From: Chitinophagaceae bacterium
Lineage (GTDB): Bacteria > Bacteroidota > Bacteroidia > Chitinophagales > Chitinophagaceae
Length of the DNA: 46,408 nt
Assembly (NCBI GenBank): GCA_013694745.1
Contig: JACDBU010000006.1
Span: 1-46,408, forward strand
Reading direction: 5' to 3'
Shown: positions 9,247-18,763 of the stretch, in pieces
Numbering within the stretch: position 1 is the first letter of the stretch
How the letters are laid out: every line of letters begins with the position of its first letter
Translations under genes and position numbers: made by a program
The notes under the pieces: generated by a model
What the model was told of the DNA's origin: nothing
Database searches by the model: none
What the model saw: only the letters and a program-made list of their open reading frames with translations

Positions 9247-9497
9247 TTGTGTATAATTAAAAATATCCTGCATTCATAAACTTTAAAACAAGGCAGGTTA
9301 AAACCCTTTACAGCAAAGGTTCTTGGGCAATGACCCTGAAAGCCTTGCCAGTGGCTGCTTTCGGAGATTAAAAATAAGATACCCCACATAATATCAAACT
9401 TCATACCTGTATCAAACCCTTGCCACATGCGGATTTAGCTGATCTTAATATTTTTAAAATAAAAGGGTAAAATATTTTATTGCAGATAAAAACCTTC

Positions 9498-9505
9498 TAT
9501 ATTTG
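9498..9505 (+). promoter_or_regulatory. -7 promoter element TATATTTG for the HU gene
   Basis: Consensus TAnnTTTG 26 nt before the ATG, with TTG about 16 nt further upstream. Confidence 0.6.
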
Positions 9506-9531
9506 TTTTTAGTAAAAAACAACCCTTTATT

Positions 9532-9801
9532 ATGAACAAAGCTGAATTAATTTCAAAAATGGCAGACGATGCCGGTGTTACAAAAACTCAGGCAAATAAT
9601 GCTTTAGATTCTTTTGTAGAAGCAGTAACTAAAACCTTAAAAGGTGGCGGAAAAGTAACCCTGGTTGGTTTCGGTACTTTTTCTGTAAGCAAAAGAGCTG
9701 CCCGCAATGGCCGTAACCCACAAACCGGAGCGGTTATTAAAATTAAAGCTAAGAAAGTAGCTAAGTTTAAAGCAGGTAAAGAATTATCAGGAAAGATTTA
9801 A
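9532..9801 (+). CDS. hup: HU family DNA-binding protein
   Basis: MNKAELI...LVGFGTF...RAARNGRNPQTG...FKAGK. Confidence 0.95.
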   Translation: MNKAELISKMADDAGVTKTQANNALDSFVEAVTKTLKGGGKVTLVGFGTFSVSKRAARNGRNPQTGAVIKIKAKKVAKFKAGKELSGKI

Positions 9802-9818
9802 CTCTTTGCAAATTTATT

Positions 9819-9854
9819 AAAGCAAGATGCATTTATGTATCTTGCTTTTTTTTT
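9819..9854 (+). terminator. intrinsic terminator after HU
   Basis: AAAGCAAGATGC...GTATCTTGCTTT followed by a T tract. Confidence 0.8.
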
Positions 9855-9876
9855 AATACAATTCAAAAAATGTAAT

Positions 9877-9993
9877 ATGGGACGCGGAGATAAAAAAACA
9901 AAAAAAGGAAAAACTTTCAAAGGCTCTTTCGGAAAAACAAGACCGGCAAAAGTGGTAAAGAAGAAAAGCGCTGCAAAAGTTAAGGAGAGTTAA
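9877..9993 (+). CDS. 30S ribosomal protein THX (bTHX/bS31-like), 38 aa; not in the ORF track
   Basis: Translates as MGRGDKKTKKGKTFKGSFGKTRPAKVVKKKSAAKVKES*, matching the THX pattern MG.GD.KT.KGK...GS.GK.RP. Confidence 0.88.
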   Translation: MGRGDKKTKKGKTFKGSFGKTRPAKVVKKKSAAKVKES

Positions 9994-10050
9994 ACGAATC
10001 AACCGATTAACGGATTAACATCTCACGGATTAACGGATTAACATCTCACG
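9991..10050. repeat. 8-mer (TTAACGGA-like) repeats with a 23-bp tandem duplication
   Basis: GATTAACGGATTAACATCTCACG occurs at 10005-10027 and 10028-10050. Confidence 0.85.
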
Positions 10051-10693
10051 GAGCAAGCCGCTCCAATTTCCAGCCGTCATTCACAGCAGTGTATTGTAAA
10101 CGATCGTGAAGCCGCCCTGGGCGCCCCTGCCAGAATTCTATAACCGCAGGCTGCACCACGTATCCGCCCCAGTATGGTGGCCGTAATATGGTTCCATCAG
10201 CAAATTCATCAATGTATTTTTCAAAATTTTTCTCGAGTATTTCTCGGCTGCTGATAACCTGGCTTTGCGGTGAGCTCCATGCCCCTATCTTGCTTTCTTC
10301 TGGTCTTAAAATAAAATAATCATCGCTGTCTTTTTCACTTATTTTTTTTGCAATGCCTTCTATTCTCACCTGCCTTTCCAGTTCTTTCCAAAAAAATACC
10401 AGGCTTGCCTGTGGATTTTCAAGTAAATTTTTTCCCTTTTTACTTTCATAATTTGTAAAAAAAACAAACCCGTTATCCTGTACTTCTTTTAATAATACCA
10501 TCCGTGCAGACGGCCTGCCATCTTTAGTACTGGTTGCAAGTGTCATTGCATTAACTTCTTCAATATGGCTTTCAATCGCGTCATCCCACCATTTTTTAAA
10601 TTGTTGAATAGGGTCCGGATCAACGTTGTTCTCTAAAAGAGTTTGCAAACGGTACTCCTTTCTTATATCCGCTATGTTGTGATCTGAAGCCAT
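10046..10693 (-). CDS. pdxH: pyridoxamine 5'-phosphate oxidase
   Basis: Motifs PSARMVLLK, FFTNYESKKG, LERQVRIEG and EFWQGRPGRLHDR, ending in RLAP. Confidence 0.95.
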   Translation of the reverse strand: MASDHNIADIRKEYRLQTLLENNVDPDPIQQFKKWWDDAIESHIEEVNAMTLATSTKDGRPSARMVLLKEVQDNGFVFFTNYESKKGKNLLENPQASLVFFWKELERQVRIEGIAKKISEKDSDDYFILRPEESKIGAWSSPQSQVISSREILEKNFEKYIDEFADGTILRPPYWGGYVVQPAVIEFWQGRPGRLHDRLQYTAVNDGWKLERLAP

Positions 10694-10723
10694 AAAAAAA
10701 ATAATTTACAACTACTATATTAC

Positions 10724-10747
10724 AAAAAAAACATCCTATTTCAGGAT
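10724..10747 (-). terminator. probable intrinsic terminator
   Basis: Minus strand reads CATCCT-GAAAT-AGGATG followed by a T8 tract. Confidence 0.55.
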
Positions 10748-10771
10748 GCTTACAATTTATTTTCAACTTAA

Positions 10772-11311
10772 TTAAAGCGGTGGATTCGTATTGCCAGTCG
10801 TGGAATTGTTGTTATTTGTAGAACTGGTATCAGGTGGCCTGGTAGTGGTTGAAGTTGTATTTGATGTTGATTTCATCCTGCTTTCAATATCCCCTTTCAG
10901 ACTATCAAACCCACTTTTAAAATTATCTGTTGGCGAGCGATAACGATAAACCGCATATAACAAACCTATAGAAGCCAAAAGAGATAACCAAAAACCGAAA
11001 CCAACATAACTGAATGCATCCATCATTCTAAACAAATGAAATACCATCAGGAGCGCCGCAAGTGCACTGGCTATCAAAGCCACCATCCAGAATGTTTTAT
11101 CAAGATTTTTTGTCTGATCACCAAGAAGTGTTACCCCACCCGCAGCCAGGAAACATAGGAAAACCAGGATTCCAAAATCATGCATGCCGCTAACACTACT
11201 GCTATATCCAAATACAGAAATGGTATACCAGGGTAAGAAAACGGAAACCGCGCCAATGGCGGCAGCAATTAAAACATATTTTCTTTGTTTACTCATTGTT
11301 TGAAAGTTCAT
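10772..11311 (-). CDS. hypothetical membrane protein (about 4 TM, Thr/Asn-rich tail)
   Basis: Four hydrophobic segments and a FLPWY motif; start likely MNFQTM (11311). Confidence 0.7.
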   Translation of the reverse strand: MNFQTMSKQRKYVLIAAAIGAVSVFLPWYTISVFGYSSSVSGMHDFGILVFLCFLAAGGVTLLGDQTKNLDKTFWMVALIASALAALLMVFHLFRMMDAFSYVGFGFWLSLLASIGLLYAVYRYRSPTDNFKSGFDSLKGDIESRMKSTSNTTSTTTRPPDTSSTNNNNSTTGNTNPPL

Positions 11312-11430
11312 AAGTTTAAGTTTTGTTGAAAAGTAAAAAATTCCAGCGGCCATTGCAAGTGTTTGTCAAAATTTTTTCCGCTGCCTGTTTTCAGTGAAAT
11401 ATAATTATGTCCAATATATCCCTTATGGAT

Positions 11431-12300
11431 TCACACATATTTTTCATTGGAAAGTCTTTGTTGTAATTCAAGCAGTTTTAAAGAAAGCAGTTCGTTTTCC
11501 ATTATTATATCATCCACTTTTTTTCTTAACCCGCTCTTTTCATTTTCGGCGTTTTCGAGGGTGCTTTCAAGCTCCGATAATTTACTGGTTCGTTGTTCCA
11601 GTAAAATATCCTTCCGGTTGATCTCCTGTATTTGTTTTCGCAGATCTTCTGTTTCACTTTTTCCCTGGGTTAATTCATGCAGAAGTATTTCATATTTTTC
11701 CCTGTTCTTTATTTCATTCATCAATTCCTTTTCAAGTTCCTGTTCCCGGTTTGCTGCACCCTGAAGTTTAAGTTCCAGGTTGATAATATTATCTTTTAAA
11801 GATCTTGACTCATCTGTAACAGCCTCTATTTCACTTTTAACTTCATTCCATAATTTTTCTTTTTGTTCCAGCAGATCTGCCCTGGTTTGGGCTGCTTTAA
11901 AATCTTCAATTGTTGCTGCCAATTCATCTTCCAGGTTCTCGTTCTTACTGTTTACTTTATAATACATTTGTTCCCAACTGTCTTCCTCTTCTTCTCCTGG
12001 TACAGCAATAACAGCCCCACCTGCAGGCTTATTACCTTCGAGCATTTCTATACGTGAATTGAGTTTTTTTATCTGGGTGGCGTAAAACTGTGATTCCTTT
12101 TCAACTGATTGCAATTTTATTTTAATAGGGATAAGTGACTGCTCGTCGGGGGTGGCAGTTGATCTTCTAAAATTAAAATATTGCTGGTCAAGGAAACTGT
12201 TCTTACCAGTAATGATCCGGTTGCTGCTCAATATCATACGGATAGCAAAGGTGGTACAGCCACACAATATTATCAATGATATTATCAGCCATATCCACAT
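11431..12300 (-). CDS. membrane-anchored coiled-coil protein
   Basis: N-terminal TM (MWIWLIISLIILCG) followed by a long E/K/L heptad-rich region. Confidence 0.7.
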   Translation of the reverse strand: MWIWLIISLIILCGCTTFAIRMILSSNRIITGKNSFLDQQYFNFRRSTATPDEQSLIPIKIKLQSVEKESQFYATQIKKLNSRIEMLEGNKPAGGAVIAVPGEEEEDSWEQMYYKVNSKNENLEDELAATIEDFKAAQTRADLLEQKEKLWNEVKSEIEAVTDESRSLKDNIINLELKLQGAANREQELEKELMNEIKNREKYEILLHELTQGKSETEDLRKQIQEINRKDILLEQRTSKLSELESTLENAENEKSGLRKKVDDIIMENELLSLKLLELQQRLSNEKYV

Positions 12301-12445
12301 GGGGGAAATCAATTTAATTTCGGTAAAAAAAGGAGCTCCCAGGAAATTGGAATACGAGAAAGTTAATCAGCAGGATATTTAGAGAAGACTATTGTATGTG
12401 CCAAGATAATAAATGTATCGAGATTCTTCCAATTTATTTGAAACG

Positions 12446-13159
12446 CTAACCGCTAACCAGTGTACCAACTTTTTCCCCGGTTACCACTCTCAATAATGTT
12501 CCGGGAGTATTCATATCAAAAACAATTATGGGTAAATCATTTTCCATACATAATGTAAATGCAGTCATATCCATTACTTTCAGGTTCCGCTTTATGCATT
12601 CGGCAAAAGAAATTTTTTCATATTTTTTTGCATCGGCATTTTTTTCCGGGTCTGCTGTATAAATTCCATCTACCCTTGTTCCTTTTAAAATAACATCGGC
12701 TTTAATTTCGATGGCCCGCAATGATCCTGCCGTATCTGTTGTAAAATAAGGGTTGCCCGTGCCCGCGCCAAAGATCACCACCCGTCCTTTTTCCAAATGT
12801 CGTATTGCGCGGCGGCGAATGTATGGCTCTGCAATTTGTTCCATTTTTATGGCGCTTTGCAAACGGGTATAAACACCTGCCCTTTCAAGCCCGCTTTGTA
12901 CTGCCATTCCATTTATAACAGTAGCAAGCATCCCCATGTAATCTCCCTGTGCTCTTTCTATCCCCGTTTCCGCTTCATTCATACCACGGTAAATATTTCC
13001 GCCACCAATAACAATTGCCACCTGAACACCAAGGTCAGAAATTGATTTTATATCCTGTGCATATTTTGCAATAACATCTGAATCAAGACCAAAATTTTTA
13101 TCACCCATTAAAGATTCGCCGGAAAGCTTAAGAAGGATACGCTTATATCTTGGAAGCAT
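12446..13159 (-). CDS. pyrH: UMP kinase
   Basis: Motifs [34 protein letters not shown] and LKVMDMTA. Confidence 0.96.
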   Translation of the reverse strand: MLPRYKRILLKLSGESLMGDKNFGLDSDVIAKYAQDIKSISDLGVQVAIVIGGGNIYRGMNEAETGIERAQGDYMGMLATVINGMAVQSGLERAGVYTRLQSAIKMEQIAEPYIRRRAIRHLEKGRVVIFGAGTGNPYFTTDTAGSLRAIEIKADVILKGTRVDGIYTADPEKNADAKKYEKISFAECIKRNLKVMDMTAFTLCMENDLPIIVFDMNTPGTLLRVVTGEKVGTLVSG

Positions 13160-13266
13160 GCAATTAAATTGTTTGAATGTAGGCGCGTAAAAAAAATCGC
13201 CGCTGCAAGATAATAAAAATGGTTAGCTAATAAATTAAAATAGGAAAGGTTGGTCTTTGAAAAAGT

Positions 13267-13635
13267 TTAATATAAAATATGAGAGGTCTGGTGCTTAATT
13301 TTATCATACAGCTCATCCATATTAAAAGGCTTGCCTATAAAATCATTTGCGTTGCATTCTTTAAAAACATCGCGCATGGATTTATTGGCTGAAAACATGA
13401 TTATCGGGAGATCTTTTGTTTTCTTATTTGCTTTAAGTTGTTTACAGATATCCCTTCCATCCATCCCTGATAAATACACATCTAAAAAAACAAGATCGGG
13501 AGCAAAGGATTCTATCATGGAAAATGCTTCTTCACCATGTGGTGTTACTTCAACTTCATACCCTTTTAATGTTAACGCAATTTCCATTGCATCAAGGATT
13601 CCGGGATCATCGTCTACAACTAATATTTTATGCAT
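13267..13635 (-). CDS. single-domain response regulator (receiver)
   Basis: ILVVDDD, PDLVFLD (phospho-Asp), PIIMFSA and FIGKPF. Confidence 0.88.
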   Translation of the reverse strand: MHKILVVDDDPGILDAMEIALTLKGYEVEVTPHGEEAFSMIESFAPDLVFLDVYLSGMDGRDICKQLKANKKTKDLPIIMFSANKSMRDVFKECNANDFIGKPFNMDELYDKIKHQTSHILY

Positions 13636-13739
13636 ATCAGGGATATTTTTCACGCTGCAATGATATTAAAATTTATGCTAAAATAAAGATACAAATACGT
13701 ACTTAAAAAGAGGTTTAAAATATACCGGCGGGGAAAGGC

Positions 13740-14864
13740 TCAGTAATCTATAACCTGTTCGACCATTAATTCAGGCATTTTTCTAAATTCATACTGCTGG
13801 TTGCGAAGCTGGGGCTCAAAACCTGCTTCCCGTATAGCCGCCTGGATACCATTGCTCGTGAAACGGTGGGGGGCGCCGGCAGCACTTACCACATTTTCTT
13901 CTATCATAATGCTGCCAAAATCATTGGCACCGGCATGCAGGCACAGCTGGGCTACCTGCTTACCAACCGTTAACCAGCTTGCCTGTATATTTTTTACATT
14001 AGGCAGCATGATACGGCTCATTGCTATCATACGGATATATTCCTCTGCAGTGGTTAAATTATGAACCCCCCTTATTTTTGCCAAAAGGGTATCCACATCC
14101 TGGAAGGTCCAGGGAATAAATGCAATAAAACCTTTTGCGCCCTCCGGTTTTTTGTCCTGCACTTCACGCAATTTTACCAGGTGCTCAAATCTTTCCTGTA
14201 TGGTTTCCACATGGCCAAACATCATGGTGGCGGAGGTGGTAAGGTTGAGTTTATGCGCTTCGGTCATTATATCTAGCCATTCCTGTGTGCCGCATTTTCC
14301 TTTGCTTATTAAGCGTCTAGCCCTGTCCGTTAGTATCTCGGCACCAGGCCCTGGCAATGAATCCATGCCTGCTTCTTTCAATGCCATCAAAACTTCACGG
14401 TGCGTTGATTTTGCCTGCTTGGTTATATGGGCAACTTCCGGCGGGCCCAGGGCATGCAATTTCAGGGAAGGATAAAGTTCTTTGAGCTGCTTAAAAAGCT
14501 GTACATAATACGATAGTCCAAGATCAGGATGGTGTCCGCCCTGCAACAAAAGCTGCTCTCCGCCATATCGGAAAGTTTCATCGATCTTTCTCCGGTAGGT
14601 TGCTATATCAGTGATGTATGCTTCCGGGTGGCCGGGGATCCTGTAGAAATTACAAAATTTGCAATTGGCAATACAAACATTGGTTGTATTTACATTACGG
14701 TCAATTATCCAGGTAACTTTTCCATGGGGCACCTGCTTTTTCCGCAGGGTATCTGCAACCAGCATTAATTCACTCAATGCAGCATTCTCAAACAAAAACA
14801 TGCCCTCTTCAACAGAAAGAAATTCAAAACGCAAGGCTTTTTGAAACAGATCATCTACATTCAT
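13740..14864 (-). CDS. mqnC: cyclic dehypoxanthinyl futalosine synthase (CofH/MqnC radical SAM)
   Basis: DRNVNTTNVCIANCKFC (CxxxCxxC), LLQGGHHP, TATMMFGH-like motif, NIQASW and GANDFGSIMIEENVV. Confidence 0.85.
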   Translation of the reverse strand: MNVDDLFQKALRFEFLSVEEGMFLFENAALSELMLVADTLRKKQVPHGKVTWIIDRNVNTTNVCIANCKFCNFYRIPGHPEAYITDIATYRRKIDETFRYGGEQLLLQGGHHPDLGLSYYVQLFKQLKELYPSLKLHALGPPEVAHITKQAKSTHREVLMALKEAGMDSLPGPGAEILTDRARRLISKGKCGTQEWLDIMTEAHKLNLTTSATMMFGHVETIQERFEHLVKLREVQDKKPEGAKGFIAFIPWTFQDVDTLLAKIRGVHNLTTAEEYIRMIAMSRIMLPNVKNIQASWLTVGKQVAQLCLHAGANDFGSIMIEENVVSAAGAPHRFTSNGIQAAIREAGFEPQLRNQQYEFRKMPELMVEQVIDY

Positions 14865-14932
14865 CGTAAAATAAAAAGTTGTGATTTAAAAAGACTTCCC
14901 GTCTTTTGAACAACCGTTTAAATATTTCAGTG

Positions 14933-14940
14933 CAAAAATA
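14933..14940 (-). promoter_or_regulatory. -7 promoter element TATTTTTG for mqnC
   Basis: The reverse complement of CAAAAATA matches TAnnTTTG upstream of mqnC. Confidence 0.5.
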
Positions 14941-14971
14941 CATGCATTAAATTGTAAATTAGAAAGCGTAA

Positions 14972-16159
14972 ATGGCAAGGACCTTATTTTACATAGCATT
15001 CTCACTTTTATTTAACACTGTGTATGCACAGCGGCCCTCAAAATTCAAAGAACCGGCGTTCATTACCAGCTTCCCATTTAAACAATTAAGCGGGGGGGTA
15101 ATGATGATACAGGGGCGTTTCAATAATATCCCGGATACCCTTAATTTTTTGCTGGATACGGGTAGCGGTAGTATTTCACTGGATTCCACAACCTGCGAAG
15201 AATTTAAAATAAAGCATTCCCCTTCCGGTAAAACCATCAACGGCATCGCAGGTGTAAAAGAAGTTGATTACACACAAAATAATACGCTGGCTTTACCCGG
15301 TCTAAAAGTAAATAACCTGGATTTTTATATCAATGATTATGATATTTTAAGCAGTGTTTACGGGGAAAAAGTTGATGGTATAATTGGCTATAGTTTTTTT
15401 AGCCGCTACATTGTAAAATTTAATTTTGATAGCCTGGTAGTGGAAATTTTTGAACCCGGTGAAATTACCTATCCTCCCGGCGGCTATTTATTACACCCGC
15501 TTTTTACAGCGCTGCCCATAGAACCATTGCGGGTAAAAGACGAGCGTACTGTCACTGATAATTTTTACCTCGATACCGGAGCCGGCTTGTGTTTTTTACT
15601 CAGTAAAAGTTTTGTAGATGAAAGCGCATTTCTTATGAAGAAAAGAAAGCCTGTACCTATCCAGGCAGAAGGGCTGGGCGGCAGAAAAAGGATGATGATA
15701 ACCGTTATTAAAGAGGTAAAATTAGGACCATACATTTTCCGCCGGGTACCCACGCATATCCTGGATGATGAATTCAATGCAACATCATATCCTTACCTGG
15801 GTGGGTTACTTGGTAATGATATACTGCGGCGTTTTAATGTTATTCTCAATTACCAGAGAAAGGAAATACACCTGCTTCCCAACAGCCATTTTAAAGATGT
15901 TTTTGATTATTCATATACAGGTATGAGTATTTATTATGAAGACGGTAAAATTTTAATTGATGACATCATTATTGGATCCCCCGCACAAAAAGCCGGCTTC
16001 AAAAAAGATGATGTGATCATTTCTGTGAACAATAATTTCAGCAACAACATAACCCAGTACAAAAATCTTTTGCAGACTGCGGGGGATAAGATCAAGATCG
16101 TATTGTTAAGAGATAATGCACCGATCATCATCACTTTTAAAGTAGAAAAGATCTTTTAG
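14972..16159 (+). CDS. aspartyl protease family protein (two retropepsin-like lobes) with C-terminal PDZ domain
   Basis: Signal peptide, FLLDTGS and FYLDTGA motifs, GIIG/GLLG, and SPAQKAGFKKDDVIISVN (PDZ). Confidence 0.85.
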   Translation: MARTLFYIAFSLLFNTVYAQRPSKFKEPAFITSFPFKQLSGGVMMIQGRFNNIPDTLNFLLDTGSGSISLDSTTCEEFKIKHSPSGKTINGIAGVKEVDYTQNNTLALPGLKVNNLDFYINDYDILSSVYGEKVDGIIGYSFFSRYIVKFNFDSLVVEIFEPGEITYPPGGYLLHPLFTALPIEPLRVKDERTVTDNFYLDTGAGLCFLLSKSFVDESAFLMKKRKPVPIQAEGLGGRKRMMITVIKEVKLGPYIFRRVPTHILDDEFNATSYPYLGGLLGNDILRRFNVILNYQRKEIHLLPNSHFKDVFDYSYTGMSIYYEDGKILIDDIIIGSPAQKAGFKKDDVIISVNNNFSNNITQYKNLLQTAGDKIKIVLLRDNAPIIITFKVEKIF

Positions 16160-16216
16160 CATTTCATTCCAAAAACTTTTTGGGAATTAGCCTTTAAATA
16201 ATTGAATTTTGCCGCC

Positions 16217-17455
16217 ATGGTAGAATTTAAAAAATTTACGCTTGGCAACGGGTTAAGGGTAATTGTTCATGAAGATAAAAGCACCCCAATGGCAGTACTG
16301 GATGTGATGTACGATGTTGGGTCGCGTGATGAAGATCCGGCCCAGACAGGTTTTGCGCATTTATTCGAACACCTTATGTTTGGCGGCAGCATCAACATAC
16401 CTTCTTATGATGAGCCGCTGCAAATGGCAGGTGGTGAAAACAATGCGTACACAACCAATGATCTCACAAATTATTATATCCAGCTTCCGGCAGAGAACTT
16501 AGAAACGGCCTTCTGGTTGGAAAGCGACCGGATGCTCTCTCTTGCCTTTGGTGATAAAAGCCTAGCTGTACAAAGAAAAGTGGTGAGTGAAGAATTTAGG
16601 GAGCATTATCTCAATAAACCTTACGGCGAAGTCTGGCACAAGATGAGAGAGCTTGCATACACCGTACATCCATACCGCTGGATGACGATCGGCAAAGAAT
16701 TGAGCCATATCGAAAACGCAAAGCTGGCTGATGTAAAGAGTTTTTTTCACAAGCATTATACCCCTTCAAATGCGGTGATGTGTGTTGCCGGCAACATTAC
16801 TTTTGACCAGGTAAAGGAACTTTCCGAAAAATGGTTTGGAAACATCCCCGCCGGTGAAAAATATGAGCGCAGGCTGCCGGAAGAACCGAAACAAACCCGC
16901 CCGCATCATTTGGAAATTAAAGCAAAAGTTCCGCTGGATGCGCTTTACAAATGCTGGCATATTTATTCAAGGCTGGATAAAAGATATTATACAACGGATC
17001 TGATCACGGATATTTTAAGTGGTGGCGGATCTTCGCGTTTATTTCAAAGCCTGGTAAAAGAAAAAAAACTATTCAGCAATATTGAGTGTTATCATTTTGG
17101 AAGTGTGGATGCCGGCCTTATTGCCATCGAAGGCAAACTGGTTAAAGGCATAAAAATGGAAGCCGCAGAAAAAGCAATTCTGGAAGAGCTGGATAAAATG
17201 AAAACGGAAGAAATAAGTGAAGCTGAATTGCAGAAAGTTAAGAATAAGACCGAGAGCCTGATTGCTTTTGAAGATGTGAGCCTGATGAATCGTGCCAACA
17301 GCTTGGCCACGTATGAATTACTGGGTGATGCAGATCTTATGAACAAGGAGCTGGCGCATTACCAGGCGGTTACCGCTGCTGAAATCAGGCAGGAAAGCCG
17401 GAATATTTTTGACGAAAATAATTGCAGCACTTTATATTATTATTCAGAAAATTAA
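16217..17455 (+). CDS. M16 family zinc peptidase, catalytic subunit
   Basis: GFAHLFEHLMF (HxxEH), NAYTTND and LESDRM. Start at ATG 16217. Confidence 0.92.
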   Translation: MVEFKKFTLGNGLRVIVHEDKSTPMAVLDVMYDVGSRDEDPAQTGFAHLFEHLMFGGSINIPSYDEPLQMAGGENNAYTTNDLTNYYIQLPAENLETAFWLESDRMLSLAFGDKSLAVQRKVVSEEFREHYLNKPYGEVWHKMRELAYTVHPYRWMTIGKELSHIENAKLADVKSFFHKHYTPSNAVMCVAGNITFDQVKELSEKWFGNIPAGEKYERRLPEEPKQTRPHHLEIKAKVPLDALYKCWHIYSRLDKRYYTTDLITDILSGGGSSRLFQSLVKEKKLFSNIECYHFGSVDAGLIAIEGKLVKGIKMEAAEKAILEELDKMKTEEISEAELQKVKNKTESLIAFEDVSLMNRANSLATYELLGDADLMNKELAHYQAVTAAEIRQESRNIFDENNCSTLYYYSEN

Positions 17456-18742
17456 ATGATTTTAATGCCCGACAGAACAACGATACCGGATATAAAAGAT
17501 GCAGTAGATTTTAACCTGACGCTAAAACCCTGCGATAAATATGCGCTTACTAACGGTGCTCCCGTATACGCAGTTAATGCCGGTGCAGAAGAAGTGTTGC
17601 AGCTTGAATTTGTTTTTTTTGCCGGCAACTGCTTTGAAGAAAAGAATACGGTTGCGGCGGCCACCAACTACCTCTTAAAAAATGGTACGCGCACAAAAAA
17701 TGCATTCAGCATCAATGAACATTTTGAATATTACGGGGCTTACTTAAACCGTGCGTGCTATAGTGAACACGCAACCATAACCCTGCATTGCCTTTCCAAA
17801 CACCTGAATGTGCTGTTGCCGGTTGTTAAAGAGATTCTTACAGAAGCGATTTTCCCCGAAGAAGAGCTGGAGATCTTTAAACAAAATTGCAAACAAAGAC
17901 TTTCTGTTAACCTGCAAAAGTGTGATTTTATTGCCAATCGTTTAATTGATCAGAAGCTGTATGGTGCAGATCATCCTTATGGAAAATTCAGCAGCATGGA
18001 AGATTATGAAGCGCTGCATACTGATGATCTGAAAAAGTTTTATGCAGATCATTATGTGAACGGCAAGGCCATCTTATTCGCCGCCGGTAAATTACCCGCT
18101 GATTTTGCCACACAATTAAATAATTTTTTTGGTGAGCTCAACATAAACCAGCCGGCTAACATTCCACAAAATGTTTCCCTGCCGGCAACAGAAAAAAAGA
18201 GCAGGATCAATAATGACCCTAATGGCGTACAGGGTGCCATCCGCATCGCACGGTCTTTTCCGGGAAGATATCATCCCGATTTCAAAAAAGTAATGGTACT
18301 GAATAATTTACTGGGTGGTTTTTTTGGGTCGAGGCTAATGGCCAATATCCGTGAAGAAAAAGGATACACTTACGGCATACACAGTTTTATTCAAAATCAT
18401 GTACAGGATACGGCCTGGGTAATAAGTACTGAAGCAGGTAAGGATGTTTGTGAAGCCACGATCGATGAGACCTATAAGGAAATGAAACTGCTGAGAGATA
18501 CGCTGGTTGATGAAGAAGAGTTGCTGCTGGTAAAAAATTATATGATGGGCCTCAACCTTGGTGATCTTGACGGGCCTTTTCAAATAATTGCGCGCTGGAA
18601 AAATCTTATACTGAATAACCTGGATGAAAAATATTTTTATGATTCAATGAATGACATCAAAAACATTTCGGCTGCAGAGATCAAAGACCTTGCGAATAAA
18701 TATTTGGTCCCGGAACAATTTTTTGAATTGGTTGTAATTTAA
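17456..18742 (+). CDS. M16 family peptidase, non-catalytic partner subunit
   Basis: Lacks HxxEH; carries GG.FGSRLM.NIREEKGYTY (R/Y pair). Abuts the catalytic subunit. Confidence 0.88.
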   Translation: MILMPDRTTIPDIKDAVDFNLTLKPCDKYALTNGAPVYAVNAGAEEVLQLEFVFFAGNCFEEKNTVAAATNYLLKNGTRTKNAFSINEHFEYYGAYLNRACYSEHATITLHCLSKHLNVLLPVVKEILTEAIFPEEELEIFKQNCKQRLSVNLQKCDFIANRLIDQKLYGADHPYGKFSSMEDYEALHTDDLKKFYADHYVNGKAILFAAGKLPADFATQLNNFFGELNINQPANIPQNVSLPATEKKSRINNDPNGVQGAIRIARSFPGRYHPDFKKVMVLNNLLGGFFGSRLMANIREEKGYTYGIHSFIQNHVQDTAWVISTEAGKDVCEATIDETYKEMKLLRDTLVDEEELLLVKNYMMGLNLGDLDGPFQIIARWKNLILNNLDEKYFYDSMNDIKNISAAEIKDLANKYLVPEQFFELVVI

Positions 18743-18763
18743 AGTAGCTTTCAAAAAAAAGTT

